Positions 35,340-45,164 of a stretch of 61,582 bases of DNA are shown piece after piece; position 1 is the stretch's first letter, and each line of letters begins with the position of its first letter. The stretch spans positions 33,130 to 94,711 of the forward strand of contig JBBDZC010000014.1 of the NCBI GenBank assembly GCA_040900375.1. The letters run 5' to 3'. Made by a program: the position numbers and the translations under genes. Source of the DNA: Candidatus Anderseniibacteriota bacterium (lineage in GTDB: Bacteria > Patescibacteriota > Andersenbacteria > UBA10190). The notes below the pieces were generated by a model. The model had not been told where the DNA came from and searched no databases. It worked only from the letters and a program-made list of their open reading frames with translations.

Positions 35340-36650
35340 ATGGATATTCCCACTTACGAGCAAAGAGGTAATACTACAGTGATGTCGCAAATTTTGGTTA
35401 TTATTATGGCTCTCCTGCTGACACTTGCCCCACTCCAGTGGCAACTGCCTCTCGTTAATTTTCAGGACGAATCTCGTCAGTCATGGAACGAAATTTTGCT
35501 ACTGCTATTAACTGTTCAAAGTATTTTTTATGGAGTGGTTTTTGTGCAAAGAAAAAAAATATTGAGTCCTTTTTTTGTCCAATTATCAGGAGTATTGTCA
35601 GGGTGGTTAATCGTTCTCTATCTGTGGCAATTGCCACTCTCCCCTAATCCGCAAGAATTTTTCCGTCTCCTCTTGGTCGTTTGGACGCTTCCCTTGTTGC
35701 ATTACTTAGTCGTTACTTTAACCACGCGAGGAGCAGTGCTTATTCTGATGAGCCTTCTTCTGCTCCATAGTTTTTGGGGCATCGGCCAGTTTATTCTGCA
35801 GCATGATCTTGGGCTGCATCTCATCGGTGAAACACAGCTTAGTCCTCACCTCCCCGGCGTAGCAAAATTCCAAAGTAGTGCTGGGACTAATATCCCTCCC
35901 TCGCCCCCCAAATTAATCAGGGCGTACGGCCCCTACCCTCATGCTAATAGTTTAGCTGGTTCCTTAGCAGCTGCTTTCTTAGTGGGAGTTGTTGCTCTAA
36001 AACGCTACCAACATCCCGTGCTGATCATAGGGTTACCCCTGCTGTTCTTGGGGTTACTCACTACGTTCTCTCGCGCGGCGGGAGCATCAGTGCTTAGTAC
36101 GATTGTGATTATGTCATTTTTATTCTGGCAGGATCGTGAAACAAAACTATGGGACTCTTGGCTGAAACTATGCCTGATTTATTTACTAACAATTATGGTG
36201 TTCACTCCTTTACTTGTAGACCGTATGATTGATGTTCAAGATCAGGCAGTAGGTGAGCGCTTAGCTGGGCTGCAGAGTGCGCACGCACTGCTGCGTGAGC
36301 ATCCCTGGCGAGGCCTTGGACTGGGAAACTATACTGATGCCCTGCATCACCATTTTGCTACCCATAACTACGCCTACCAGCCCTGGGAAATTGTCCCAAT
36401 TCACTCTGTACCAGTCCTTCTGCTTGCGGAATGGGGGCTGTTGGGAGTGATCATGCTCATCAGTATCCTGGTATGGTATCTGCGCCGGATACCCAGATAC
36501 TATATTTGGTACTTGCTCCCGCTCCTGCCGCTGCTTGTCTTTGATCACTACTTCTTCACTCAAGCTGCGCCTCTACTGTGGTTGGGATTGGCGCTCCTGC
36601 TGCTCCATCGTCTGGAATACTCAACGCTTCCGGTGAGGGTAAAACAATAA
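35340..36650 (+). CDS. Polytopic membrane protein, O-antigen ligase/polymerase (Wzy_C)-like
   Basis: 436-aa ORF with about 10 predicted TM helices and a central periplasmic loop (...LTTFSRAAGASVL...HAHNYAYQ-like region) typical of O-antigen ligase-family proteins. The assignment is by eye only. Confidence 0.6.
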   Translation: MDIPTYEQRGNTTVMSQILVIIMALLLTLAPLQWQLPLVNFQDESRQSWNEILLLLLTVQSIFYGVVFVQRKKILSPFFVQLSGVLSGWLIVLYLWQLPLSPNPQEFFRLLLVVWTLPLLHYLVVTLTTRGAVLILMSLLLLHSFWGIGQFILQHDLGLHLIGETQLSPHLPGVAKFQSSAGTNIPPSPPKLIRAYGPYPHANSLAGSLAAAFLVGVVALKRYQHPVLIIGLPLLFLGLLTTFSRAAGASVLSTIVIMSFLFWQDRETKLWDSWLKLCLIYLLTIMVFTPLLVDRMIDVQDQAVGERLAGLQSAHALLREHPWRGLGLGNYTDALHHHFATHNYAYQPWEIVPIHSVPVLLLAEWGLLGVIMLISILVWYLRRIPRYYIWYLLPLLPLLVFDHYFFTQAAPLLWLGLALLLLHRLEYSTLPVRVKQ

Positions 36651-36861
36651 ATTTCTCGATAACGTGAGTCCGCTCTTGGTACCATGTAAAGATGGCCATC
36701 ACGACTATCACTATCACGGCTGTAAGAATGAGGCGGCGGACATCATGCTGGAGATCGCTGCGGGAGGCGCTTGGATGGTTGTTTCGGCTTGCCATGGTAG
36801 AATGAAGCATACCAGGAATTAGTTGGTGGTAAAGTGCCACGTTTCCTTCACCCATGGTCAA
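36556..36861 (-). CDS. Possible small single-pass membrane protein (doubtful)
   Basis: 101-aa ORF with one TM segment (LILTAVIVIVVMAIFTWY). It overlaps the 3' end of the convergent 35340..36650 gene by 95 nt, so one of the two ends is probably mis-modelled. Confidence 0.3.
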   Translation of the reverse strand: MTMGEGNVALYHQLIPGMLHSTMASRNNHPSASRSDLQHDVRRLILTAVIVIVVMAIFTWYQERTHVIEKFIVLPSPEALSIPDDGAAGAPIPTTVEAQLE

Positions 36862-36874
36862 CTATCTGTAATCT

Positions 36875-39565
36875 GTGTCAAACCTCCCCGAAATTGATCC
36901 CACCAGCGTAGCAGCTATTCCCGTATATCGACAAAGTGCGAGAATGGTAACTACGGCATTGCGAGTCCTGCCAGCCCAGGGCTTAAGTAGCCGGGAAGTT
37001 GCCAGGCGCTTACAGCAGAATGGACCTAATATAGTGCCTTCGACTGGCCAACAATCGCTCTTCCGCTTGTTTTTTGCCCGTTTCCGCGAGTTGCTCGTGC
37101 TCTTCCTGATTGCGGCGGCCGTTATTTCCTGGCTGCTTGGAGAGCGTACTGATGCCCTAATTATTGCCGCTGTCATCGCTATGGATGTGCTCTTGAGTTT
37201 CACTCAAGTATGGCGCACGCAATACACGCTCACTAAACTGCGCCAGCAAGTGAGCTCTCTCGCCGCCGTTATTCGCGATGGCAAGCTGCATCGTGTACCG
37301 ACTAGTTATTTAGTCCCTGGTGATATTATTGAATTTCGCGACGGCGAAAAAATTCCCGCTGACGCGCGTTTGCTCCGCGTCAATGGCCTGCGTGTTGCCG
37401 AAGCCGCTCTGACCGGTGAGTCCCATGATGTCGAAAAACGAACTACTCGTCTGGTAAGCCGCACCCCGCTGGGCAACCGGTATAATATGGTCTACCTCGG
37501 CACAGTGGTGGTGAATGGTAGTGGTCAGGCTGTCGTGACAGCGACCGGAACACGCACCGAGTTCGGCAGAATTGCCCAAATGCTCAAAAGTCAGCCCTCG
37601 CCTTCCTCACCGCTGCGCCGCAAGCTTGAGCACAGTGGCTTGGTCATTGTCTGGATTATTATTGCCCTCGTCGGCTTTTCGACACTACTAGGCCTAGCCT
37701 TAGGCCAGGCCGGACAGCATATTCTCCATACAGCCATTACCCTCATTGTCAGTGCAATCCCGGAAGATCTTACCTTAATTCTCACGATTGCCCTGACTGT
37801 GGGGGTGAGTCGTATTCTTCGCCAACGCGGGGTCGTGCAAGAACTTAGTGCCGCCGAAACTTTAGGAGCCGCCACCGTCATTTGCACTGATAAAACGGGA
37901 ACCTTAACGGTAGGGGAGATGCAAGCGCACCACTTTGATTGTCTGCAAGGCACAATTGTAGACTCAACTCATCTCCCACACGACCCGTGGCATGCCTTAG
38001 CCCTTACTGGCTACGCTCTGGCAGCGGATGCGCACCGTATCTCGCCTACCGTGGCACAATATGTGGGATCAGCCACCGAGCGCACGGCAGTCGCTTTCGT
38101 GGAAAACCTTGGTTTTCTCCAACAAAAATTACGACAATCATGGCGGCTCCGCGATAGTATTAGCTTTAATCCGCAGTGGAAGTATCGGGCGACGCTCCAC
38201 GATCACCCAACCAATGAGTCGCGCGTAATTTTTGTCAGTGGCGCACCGGAAGTTCTCCTCGAACGTAGCTCGCACTGCCTTAATACTGATCACGAGCCGG
38301 TGTTGTTGACAGCGGCGCGGCGGGCCAAACTTCACCAGAAGATGGAAAGATATGCCGCGCGCGGGGAACGCCTACTAGCGATGGCCGTGCGCCCCCATTA
38401 CGAGCGAGCGGATCTCACCCACGATGACGTGGCTGGCTTAACTTTCTTGGGTGTCTTGATTATTTCTGACCCGCTGCGTCCGGAAATCCGCGAGAGTATT
38501 CACCAAACCCAGTCAGCCGGTGTATCCGTCAAGATTATCACGGGTGATTACGAAGCCACTGCCCGAGCGATTGCGCGTGATAGCGGGCTGACGGTAACGG
38601 ACGAAGCGGTCTGTTCAGGGGAGATGCTCCAAGATTTAAGCGACGGGGAGCTGCGCAAGATTATTGATCAGACCGTCATTTTTTCCCGCGTAAATCCGCT
38701 TGATAAACAACGCATTATCCGGGCACTGCAGGACCGAGGCCACATCGTGGCAATGACAGGAGATGGCGTCAATGACGCGGTGGCCCTCAAAGTGGCCGAT
38801 ATCGGCGTCGCCATGGGCTCGGGGAAGGATATTGCGAAAGATGCCGCCGACTTGGTGCTGCTGGACGACAATTTTGCCACGATTGTGCACGCTATCCGCG
38901 AAGGCCGCGTGATCCGCGATAATATCCGCAAAGTCATTGCCTTTCTCCTCGCCACGAACGTCGCCGAAGTGGCAGTTTTCCTCGGTAGCATTCTAGTACA
39001 GTGGCCCTTGCCGCTCCTGCCAGCGCAAATTCTTTGGATTAACCTTGTGACCAATGGCACGTCTGATATGGCCCTCGCGCTGGAACCCGATGAACGCAAT
39101 GTGATGCGTCGGTCACCCGAAAACCCCCAGGCTTCTCTTTTAACTACTACTGTCGGACTGCACATTTTTATCACCGGCTTAGTCTTTACTACCTTCGCCC
39201 TCGGACTCTACTGGTACCTCTGGCACCACCTCACCTTAGATTTGCCCTATACGCAAACTATGCTTTTTACCTTTCTGGCGGTGAGCTCACTGCTGTCAAC
39301 GTGGAGCTTCCGCTCGCTTACTGACTCACTCTATCGTCGGGGCTTATTTCAGAACCCATGGATAATCGTTTCGGCCGGTTTTTCGTTTTTCTTGCAACTG
39401 CTGGCTATTTACCTTCCGGCTCTGCAAAAAATCTTTAAGACAGTGCCGCTTGATCCATATGATTGGATTATCATTATCACCCTCTCGGTGACTGCCGTTG
39501 TGCTCCTGGACCTCCGTAAGGCAGTCATCCCTCACCTAACTACGCATGGCCGCGCGGAAACCTAG
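36875..39565 (+). CDS. P-type cation-transporting ATPase (P2-type, Ca2+/Mg2+-like)
   Basis: 896-aa ORF with the phosphorylation motif CTDKTGTLT, TGES, and the hinge MTGDGVNDAVALKVADIGVAMG. Confidence 0.93.
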   Translation: MSNLPEIDPTSVAAIPVYRQSARMVTTALRVLPAQGLSSREVARRLQQNGPNIVPSTGQQSLFRLFFARFRELLVLFLIAAAVISWLLGERTDALIIAAVIAMDVLLSFTQVWRTQYTLTKLRQQVSSLAAVIRDGKLHRVPTSYLVPGDIIEFRDGEKIPADARLLRVNGLRVAEAALTGESHDVEKRTTRLVSRTPLGNRYNMVYLGTVVVNGSGQAVVTATGTRTEFGRIAQMLKSQPSPSSPLRRKLEHSGLVIVWIIIALVGFSTLLGLALGQAGQHILHTAITLIVSAIPEDLTLILTIALTVGVSRILRQRGVVQELSAAETLGAATVICTDKTGTLTVGEMQAHHFDCLQGTIVDSTHLPHDPWHALALTGYALAADAHRISPTVAQYVGSATERTAVAFVENLGFLQQKLRQSWRLRDSISFNPQWKYRATLHDHPTNESRVIFVSGAPEVLLERSSHCLNTDHEPVLLTAARRAKLHQKMERYAARGERLLAMAVRPHYERADLTHDDVAGLTFLGVLIISDPLRPEIRESIHQTQSAGVSVKIITGDYEATARAIARDSGLTVTDEAVCSGEMLQDLSDGELRKIIDQTVIFSRVNPLDKQRIIRALQDRGHIVAMTGDGVNDAVALKVADIGVAMGSGKDIAKDAADLVLLDDNFATIVHAIREGRVIRDNIRKVIAFLLATNVAEVAVFLGSILVQWPLPLLPAQILWINLVTNGTSDMALALEPDERNVMRRSPENPQASLLTTTVGLHIFITGLVFTTFALGLYWYLWHHLTLDLPYTQTMLFTFLAVSSLLSTWSFRSLTDSLYRRGLFQNPWIIVSAGFSFFLQLLAIYLPALQKIFKTVPLDPYDWIIIITLSVTAVVLLDLRKAVIPHLTTHGRAET

Positions 39566-39622
39566 GCTAGGGGCGCTAGTATCCCTGTCGCCAGCAGCTA
39601 CTCTTAAAAAAAGCACTCCGTT

Positions 39623-39979
39623 ATGAGCAGCCCAACAGCGCGGGTGGGACAGTGGGGGGAAACCTATGCTCGTTATTATTTAGAAGAGCAAGGGTTGCAG
39701 TTTATCACCGCCAATTGGCGCTGCAAAGTAGGAGAAATAGATCTGATTATGCAAGATGGTTCCACCCGCGTCTTAGTTGAAGTGCGCCTGCGGCGTCCGA
39801 CATCGTTTGGCGAAGGCGGGGACACAGTGGGGCAGCAGAAACAACGAAAACTTCGGAGAGCGGCCCAGTACTACCAACAGTGTGAGGATTATTGGGGAGA
39901 TATCCGCTTTGACGTGGTAAGTATTATGCATGATCCCGAACAACCACCACAGGTTGAGCACATCACTGATGCGTTTTAA
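39623..39979 (+). CDS. yraN: YraN-family (UPF0102) endonuclease-like protein
   Basis: 118-aa ORF with GE..A..YL...G........R...GEIDLIM.DG...V.VEVR, typical of YraN. Confidence 0.85.
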   Translation: MSSPTARVGQWGETYARYYLEEQGLQFITANWRCKVGEIDLIMQDGSTRVLVEVRLRRPTSFGEGGDTVGQQKQRKLRRAAQYYQQCEDYWGDIRFDVVSIMHDPEQPPQVEHITDAF

Positions 39980-40084
39980 GGGATATCAGAAGTCTCCCCC
40001 GCGCGGACTCCGCGAGGTCAGCGTATATAATAAAAGCACTTGGCAAAACATGTACAACCCAACCCTTTCAATAATTTCTTTTGG

Positions 40085-40192
40085 CTCTTCGACTCGCGCA
40101 AGCTCCACCCGTCAGGGTGGAGATACGCGCGGCTTTAGAGTCAACCCTTAAGCAAGCCACGGCCTTTAGACCGTGGAGTCGAATGGGTTGAC
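40085..40192 (-). repeat. 108-nt structured intergenic module (family A), copy 2
   Basis: The reverse complement is identical to 1204-1311 over 108 nt. Confidence 0.9.
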
Positions 40193-40197
40193 AACAA

Positions 40198-40246
40198 ATG
40201 AAGCCGCCCCCGCCGCTGGCGGCGGGGGATTCACGGGGTGCAATAA
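40198..40246 (-). repeat. Intergenic box family C, copy 4
   Basis: ATGAAGCC-GCCCCCGCCGCTGGCGGCGGGGG-ATTCACGGGGTGCAATAA, located 5 nt from family A copy 2. Confidence 0.75.
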
Positions 40247-40298
40247 GCTGTGGTATACTGACCAAACGTTGGTTTAAGTATCTGACTTTTATTTACGC

Positions 40299-41102
40299 AT
40301 GTCCTCTCGCATTGCCTCGTTTATCAGGGCTATCATTCTCTTCCTCTTGCCGTTAGTCGTGCTCGGCTGGACCTCCATCCCTTCTCTGTCAGAGTACAGC
40401 GTGCACTTGGCCATGGTAGTTTTATTGGTGGTCATTGGCCTGTCGTTTGTCAAAAAAGACAGCTTGCAATTAACCAAAGTATCGCTGCAGACACTGACGA
40501 TTTTACTCCTGGTCGGTGCCACGGGCTGGTTTTTCTCGCCCTTTTTCTTCTTGTTGTACCTCGTGCCGCTTTATTTAGGCTTCCTGTATAATCCTTTGGT
40601 CGCCTTTGCCTTCCTCGCGGCCCTGCTGGTAATTTTCTCGTTTAGTGTGGGTGAGATTGATGCCGCCTACGATATTATGACGCTGCTCTCGCTCTTACTG
40701 GTTATTCCGCTCGTTATTTACCTGCGCAAAAAATATTTGATTCTGCGGCAATCACACAAAGACATTCTTATTTTGGAAGCAGATAGCGGCATTAAAAGCG
40801 TCGACACTATCGCCTATCTCTTAAACAACCGGGTCACTAACCTAGGAGTCACCGTGCGTCAGCCATTGACGTATATTAAACAAGCGGCAACGGTGTTGCT
40901 GGAAGAAGATTTAAATTTAGAAGAGGCTACTAATTATGTTGAGCGCATTCGTACAACGGCAACAGAAGCCCTTGATCATGTCCGTAAATTTGAAGGGGAC
41001 ACGTCAGCTAATGCGGTTTTGACGAATGAAAAAAAGGAGGTCCTAAATCAGGTCCCCTCCGCTCGCCCGGCTGCTCAAAATAGTGTTCGTAAGCCTTCTT
41101 AA
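40299..41102 (+). CDS. Multi-pass membrane protein with a degenerate HisKA-like C-terminal helical domain (no ATPase domain, no phospho-acceptor His)
   Basis: 267-aa ORF with about 5 TM helices. The sequence ...NRVTNLGVTVRQPLTYIKQAATVLLEE... aligns by eye to the H-box (sHELRTPLtsI) but has Val where the His should be. The ORF ends before any N/G1/G2 boxes. Confidence 0.6.
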   Translation: MSSRIASFIRAIILFLLPLVVLGWTSIPSLSEYSVHLAMVVLLVVIGLSFVKKDSLQLTKVSLQTLTILLLVGATGWFFSPFFFLLYLVPLYLGFLYNPLVAFAFLAALLVIFSFSVGEIDAAYDIMTLLSLLLVIPLVIYLRKKYLILRQSHKDILILEADSGIKSVDTIAYLLNNRVTNLGVTVRQPLTYIKQAATVLLEEDLNLEEATNYVERIRTTATEALDHVRKFEGDTSANAVLTNEKKEVLNQVPSARPAAQNSVRKPS

Positions 41103-41111
41103 GACCTACCT

Positions 41112-41525
41112 ATGGCCAAGAAAGTTCTGATTGTTGAAGACGATCAATTTATTCGCGAAATGTACGCGCTGATCCTGCGCAAGCGTCAGTACGAGGTTGT
41201 TGAGTCAGCGGATGGCGCTGTCGGCTTAGTCGAGGCGCGAAAAGGTGGCTTTGATATTATCTTGCTCGATCTTATGATGCCCCAGATGGATGGTTTAGGT
41301 TTTTTGCGAGAGCTCCAGAAACAACCCGCGAAAATACCCAATGGACCGATCATTGTCATGTCGAATTTGGCGTATAGCGACGCGAAAGAGGAGGCCATCA
41401 AACTGGGGGCGAAAGACTTCTTAGTCAAAGCTGATCTTGATCCCAAAGATGTCCTCGGCATTGTGGAAAAGGCGCTGGGGGATAGCGACAAGTTGACCCA
41501 TTCAACTAGTTCAGAGTCAAGCTGA
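41112..41525 (+). CDS. Stand-alone response-regulator receiver domain (CheY-like)
   Basis: 137-aa ORF: KVLIVEDDQFIREMY...FDIILLDLMMPQMDGLGFL...IIVMSNL...KLGAKDFLVK. Confidence 0.9.
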   Translation: MAKKVLIVEDDQFIREMYALILRKRQYEVVESADGAVGLVEARKGGFDIILLDLMMPQMDGLGFLRELQKQPAKIPNGPIIVMSNLAYSDAKEEAIKLGAKDFLVKADLDPKDVLGIVEKALGDSDKLTHSTSSESS

Positions 41526-41639
41526 AGCCTGTCGAAGCTTGACAAAGTAAGACCAACGAGAGTACCGTACAGAGCATCAGATTCCGCGGTGAGCCCGCGG
41601 AATTCTCATATTGACTTCTTAAAGATAGCAGATAGGCAT

Positions 41640-42881
41640 ATGGCAGATGAACAACCAACTTTTGGCTCCGCGATTGATCAAATTGTCGCCGAGAAAGGGA
41701 TTAGCAAAGAAAAAGTTCTTGAAACAATCGAGGCGGCCTTAGCGGCAGCTTATCGTAAAGATTACGGTGAGCGCGGTCAAGACATTCGCGCAGAATTTAA
41801 TGAAGATGATGGTACCGCCCGGATCTTTAAGGTCGTAACGGTGGTCGCTGACGAAGCAGTAGAAAATCCCGCCGCCCAGCTTGGTTTGATCGAAGCCCAG
41901 AAGGAAGACCCAGAGGCAGTCGTGGACAAAGAATATGTGGAAGAAGTCACACCAACTGACCCCAACTATGGTCGCGTCGCCGCCCAGACCGCCAAGCAGG
42001 TTATTATCCAACGGATTCGGGAAGCGGAACGCGAGGCGGTCTTTGATGAGTATAAAGAAAAAGAAGGCGAAATTATCTCGGGCATTGTGCAGCGTATCGA
42101 GGGCGATACGGTCTTTGTTGATATTGGACGCACGACTGGCATCTTATTCCCTAGTGAACAAGTGCAAGGGGAGCGTTATCGGGTTAATCAGCGCATCCGG
42201 GTATATGTCGTCAAAGTTGATCTCTCTAGCCGGGGGCCAGAAATTCTTGTGTCGCGCAGCCACCCTGGCATGCTTCGCCGCCTGTTTGAACTCGAAGTAC
42301 CAGAAATTTTTGCTGGCAGTGTGGAGATTAAAGCAATTGCCCGCGAGGCGAGCCAACGTTCTAAAATCGCCGTGTGGGCTAAAGAAGAAGGCATTGACCC
42401 GGTGGGGGCCTGTATTGGCCAGCGCGGCACCCGCATCCAAACAATTATCGCAGAGTTATCAGGAGAAAAAATCGACATTATTCAGTGGGACGAAGATCCC
42501 GCACGTTTTATTGCTAATGCGCTTTCGCCCGCTAAGGTAGTGGCAGTTGATGTCTATGAAGAAGAAAAGCGAGCGGTCGCGCACGTGGAAGAGTACCAGT
42601 TAAGCCTGGCGATTGGTAAAAAGGGCCAGAATGTTCGCCTGGCGGCCAAACTCACCGGCTGGCGTATTGACATTCTCAAAGCGGGGGCAGACGAAAGTCA
42701 ACTAGAAGCGGGCGCGACGCCGGAAGAGGCAAACCCCCTCGCCGATCATGCGCCAGCGGCAGTACCGACGCTTCCTGCCGGCGAAACACCGGCTGCCGAC
42801 CAGGCAGAGGGCGTAGTATCCGTCAACCTACCGCCAGCTGACACAACGGCACCGGCACCGGAAGAACAATCATCAACGTAA
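41640..42881 (+). CDS. nusA: Transcription termination/antitermination factor NusA
   Basis: An S1 domain, two KH domains and [31 protein letters not shown] are present. The likely start is [13 protein letters not shown] at 41640, whereas the track starts at 41589. The C-terminal tail is acidic and Pro/Ala-rich. Confidence 0.93.
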   Translation: MADEQPTFGSAIDQIVAEKGISKEKVLETIEAALAAAYRKDYGERGQDIRAEFNEDDGTARIFKVVTVVADEAVENPAAQLGLIEAQKEDPEAVVDKEYVEEVTPTDPNYGRVAAQTAKQVIIQRIREAEREAVFDEYKEKEGEIISGIVQRIEGDTVFVDIGRTTGILFPSEQVQGERYRVNQRIRVYVVKVDLSSRGPEILVSRSHPGMLRRLFELEVPEIFAGSVEIKAIAREASQRSKIAVWAKEEGIDPVGACIGQRGTRIQTIIAELSGEKIDIIQWDEDPARFIANALSPAKVVAVDVYEEEKRAVAHVEEYQLSLAIGKKGQNVRLAAKLTGWRIDILKAGADESQLEAGATPEEANPLADHAPAAVPTLPAGETPAADQAEGVVSVNLPPADTTAPAPEEQSST

Positions 42882-42906
42882 AGTATGCGACAAGGTAGTC
42901 GTTCTT

Positions 42907-42962
42907 AAAAACGTGCTCCGGGTGCAGGGAGGCAAGAACAACTTGCCAAAGCAGCACGTTTT
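42907..42962 (+). terminator. Possible terminator or stem-loop after nusA
   Basis: AAAACGTGCT ... AGCACGTTTT encloses an inner hairpin GGCAAG-AACAA-CTTGCC and ends in TTTT. Confidence 0.4.
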
Positions 42963-43006
42963 GACGTACAACAAGGAGTAAATTATTAAGCGTAATATAT
43001 TATCAT

Positions 43007-44995
43007 ATGCAGTATGAGTACTGGATTGGTGTGATAGCGGTTGTGGCCCTAGTGTATGCCGGATGGCGTGCCTGGAGTATTAACCGCATTGCTGTCAGTT
43101 CCCCTCGCGGCGCTGAGATTGCTGCTGCTATTCGCCAAGGAGCCTTTGCTTTTCTTAATCGTGAGTACCGTATTTTAGCAATCTTTGTCATTGCGATTGC
43201 CGTTATTTTATGGCTGACGCGGTTTTTTGGTACTGTCGAGCAAACGGTTGATACCCGGACTATTGTTGCTTATATTCTCGGCGCCATTGTCTCCATCGCG
43301 GCTGGCAACATTGGCATGCGCATTGCGACGCTCGCTAATATCCGCACGGCTGAGAGCGTGCAGCATAGTATTGCCCGCGGGCTGGCGACGGCTTTTGCGT
43401 CGGGGTCAGTGATGGGCATGTCGGTGGTGGGGTTAGGCCTGCTCGGGGTGACCACCTTATGGCTATTGTGGCAAGACCCTACCCCAATTTTCGGCTTTGG
43501 TTTTGGGGCTTCTTCCGTCGCTCTATTCGCGCGTGTCGGCGGCGGTATCTATACCAAAGCCGCAGACGTGGGCGCCGATCTCGTGGGTAAAGTTGAACAA
43601 GGTATTCCTGAAGATGATCCTCGTAATCCGGCGGTGATTGCTGATAATGTCGGAGATAACGTCGGCGATGTGGCCGGCATGGGTGCTGATCTCTTCGAGA
43701 GCTATGTTGGTTCCTTGGTTGCTGCCATGGCCCTGGGGCTCGTAACCCAGGCGGCTCTTGGTCTCCAGGCTGTTCTCTATCCTCTCGCGATTGCGGCCAT
43801 TGGCATTATCGCCAGCTTAGTAGGAACTTTTTTCGTGCGTACCAACGACGAGACTAAAATTACCTCGGCTATGAATCGCGGTACACTGGTAGCGGGCATT
43901 TTACTCCTGGGTGGCGCGTGGTGGTTGACAGATGCCTGGTTTGGTAATTTAGGACTTTTCTGGGTGGTGGTGACCGGCTTGGTGGCAGGCGGAGCGGTTG
44001 GCCTTATTACCGAATACTATACCAGCAATAGACGCCGCCCGGCTGTCGGAGTAGCTCATGCTGCTAAAACTGGCGCGGCCACCAATATCATCGCTGGGCT
44101 TAGCCTCGGTATGTTCTCCACAGCTTTGCCGGTCATTATCGTAGCGGCGGCTATTTTAATCTCCTATCGTTTGGCAGAAGTCTACGGGATCGCGATTGCC
44201 GCAGTAGGTATGCTCTCGACACTTGGTATTACGCTGGCGGCCGACACCTACGGCCCAGTCGCTGATAATGCGGCAGGGATTGCCGAGATGGCGGGCTTGG
44301 GCGCCACGGCTCGGGAACGAGCGGAAGCTCTCGATGCCGTGGGCAATACTACGGCTGCTATTGGTAAAGGTTTTGCGATTGGTTCAGCGGCGCTGACAGC
44401 TTTAGCCCTTTTGGTTAGTTTTATTGAGGTAGCCAATATTCCCGCAATCAATATCCTGGAGCCAAGGGTAATGGTCGGTCTCTTTATTGGCGGCATGTTG
44501 CCGTTTCTCTTTTCGGCCTTTGCCATGAAGGCTGTGGGGAAGTCAGCGATGAAGATGGTCCAAGAAGTGCGCCGCCAATTCCGGGAGATTACCGGGCTCA
44601 TGGAAGGGCAGAGCAAGCCTGATTACACTCGCTGTGTCGATATTGCTACGACCGCTGCTCTCCAAGAAATGATCGTGCCTGGCATACTCGCGCTTATCGT
44701 TCCGGTTCTCATTGGTTTCACTCTTGGACCAGCGGCCTTGGGTGGACTTCTCGGTGGCGCGGTCGTGACCGGGTTTCTGATGGCGGTGATGATGGCTAAT
44801 GCCGGAGGAGCGTGGGATAATGCCAAGAAATACATTGAATCGGGTAAGTTGGGAGGTAAGGGATCTGATACTCATAAAGCGGCGGTCATTGGGGATACGG
44901 TGGGCGATCCCTTTAAAGATACCGCCGGTCCCTCGCTCAACATTCTTATCAAGCTCATGAGTATTGTGGCGCTTATCATCGCCCCCTTACTGTAG
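43007..44995 (+). CDS. hppA: Membrane-bound proton/sodium-translocating pyrophosphatase
   Basis: 662-aa polytopic ORF with [41 protein letters not shown] and [16 protein letters not shown]. Confidence 0.96.
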   Translation: MQYEYWIGVIAVVALVYAGWRAWSINRIAVSSPRGAEIAAAIRQGAFAFLNREYRILAIFVIAIAVILWLTRFFGTVEQTVDTRTIVAYILGAIVSIAAGNIGMRIATLANIRTAESVQHSIARGLATAFASGSVMGMSVVGLGLLGVTTLWLLWQDPTPIFGFGFGASSVALFARVGGGIYTKAADVGADLVGKVEQGIPEDDPRNPAVIADNVGDNVGDVAGMGADLFESYVGSLVAAMALGLVTQAALGLQAVLYPLAIAAIGIIASLVGTFFVRTNDETKITSAMNRGTLVAGILLLGGAWWLTDAWFGNLGLFWVVVTGLVAGGAVGLITEYYTSNRRRPAVGVAHAAKTGAATNIIAGLSLGMFSTALPVIIVAAAILISYRLAEVYGIAIAAVGMLSTLGITLAADTYGPVADNAAGIAEMAGLGATARERAEALDAVGNTTAAIGKGFAIGSAALTALALLVSFIEVANIPAINILEPRVMVGLFIGGMLPFLFSAFAMKAVGKSAMKMVQEVRRQFREITGLMEGQSKPDYTRCVDIATTAALQEMIVPGILALIVPVLIGFTLGPAALGGLLGGAVVTGFLMAVMMANAGGAWDNAKKYIESGKLGGKGSDTHKAAVIGDTVGDPFKDTAGPSLNILIKLMSIVALIIAPLL

Positions 44996-45164
44996 ACTTT
45001 TTCAGCGCGTGGCCGATCGGTGTGGGAGCAACAGAAAAAATACGCCGAAAAAAACCCACTAATTGTTCTGGGCCGTTGGCTTGTCGTAAAATGAACTGAC
45101 GGCTTCTTTTTGCATTTTTCCCTTTTTTTCTTTAGGCTGGAGAAACTTAAATTTATTCCTACAC

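Noticed and set aside
40068-40265. Track ORFs 40068..40265 (-) and 55800..56057 (+) share the peptide QPIRLHGLKAVACLRVDSKAARISTL.GGACASRR, which could suggest a conserved small protein.
   Set aside because: The shared peptide is only the translation of the 108-nt family A repeat. The third copy (1204-1311) has no start codon in that frame. Conservation stops exactly at the repeat borders, and the sequence forms four perfect helices, so an RNA- or DNA-level element is the better explanation.
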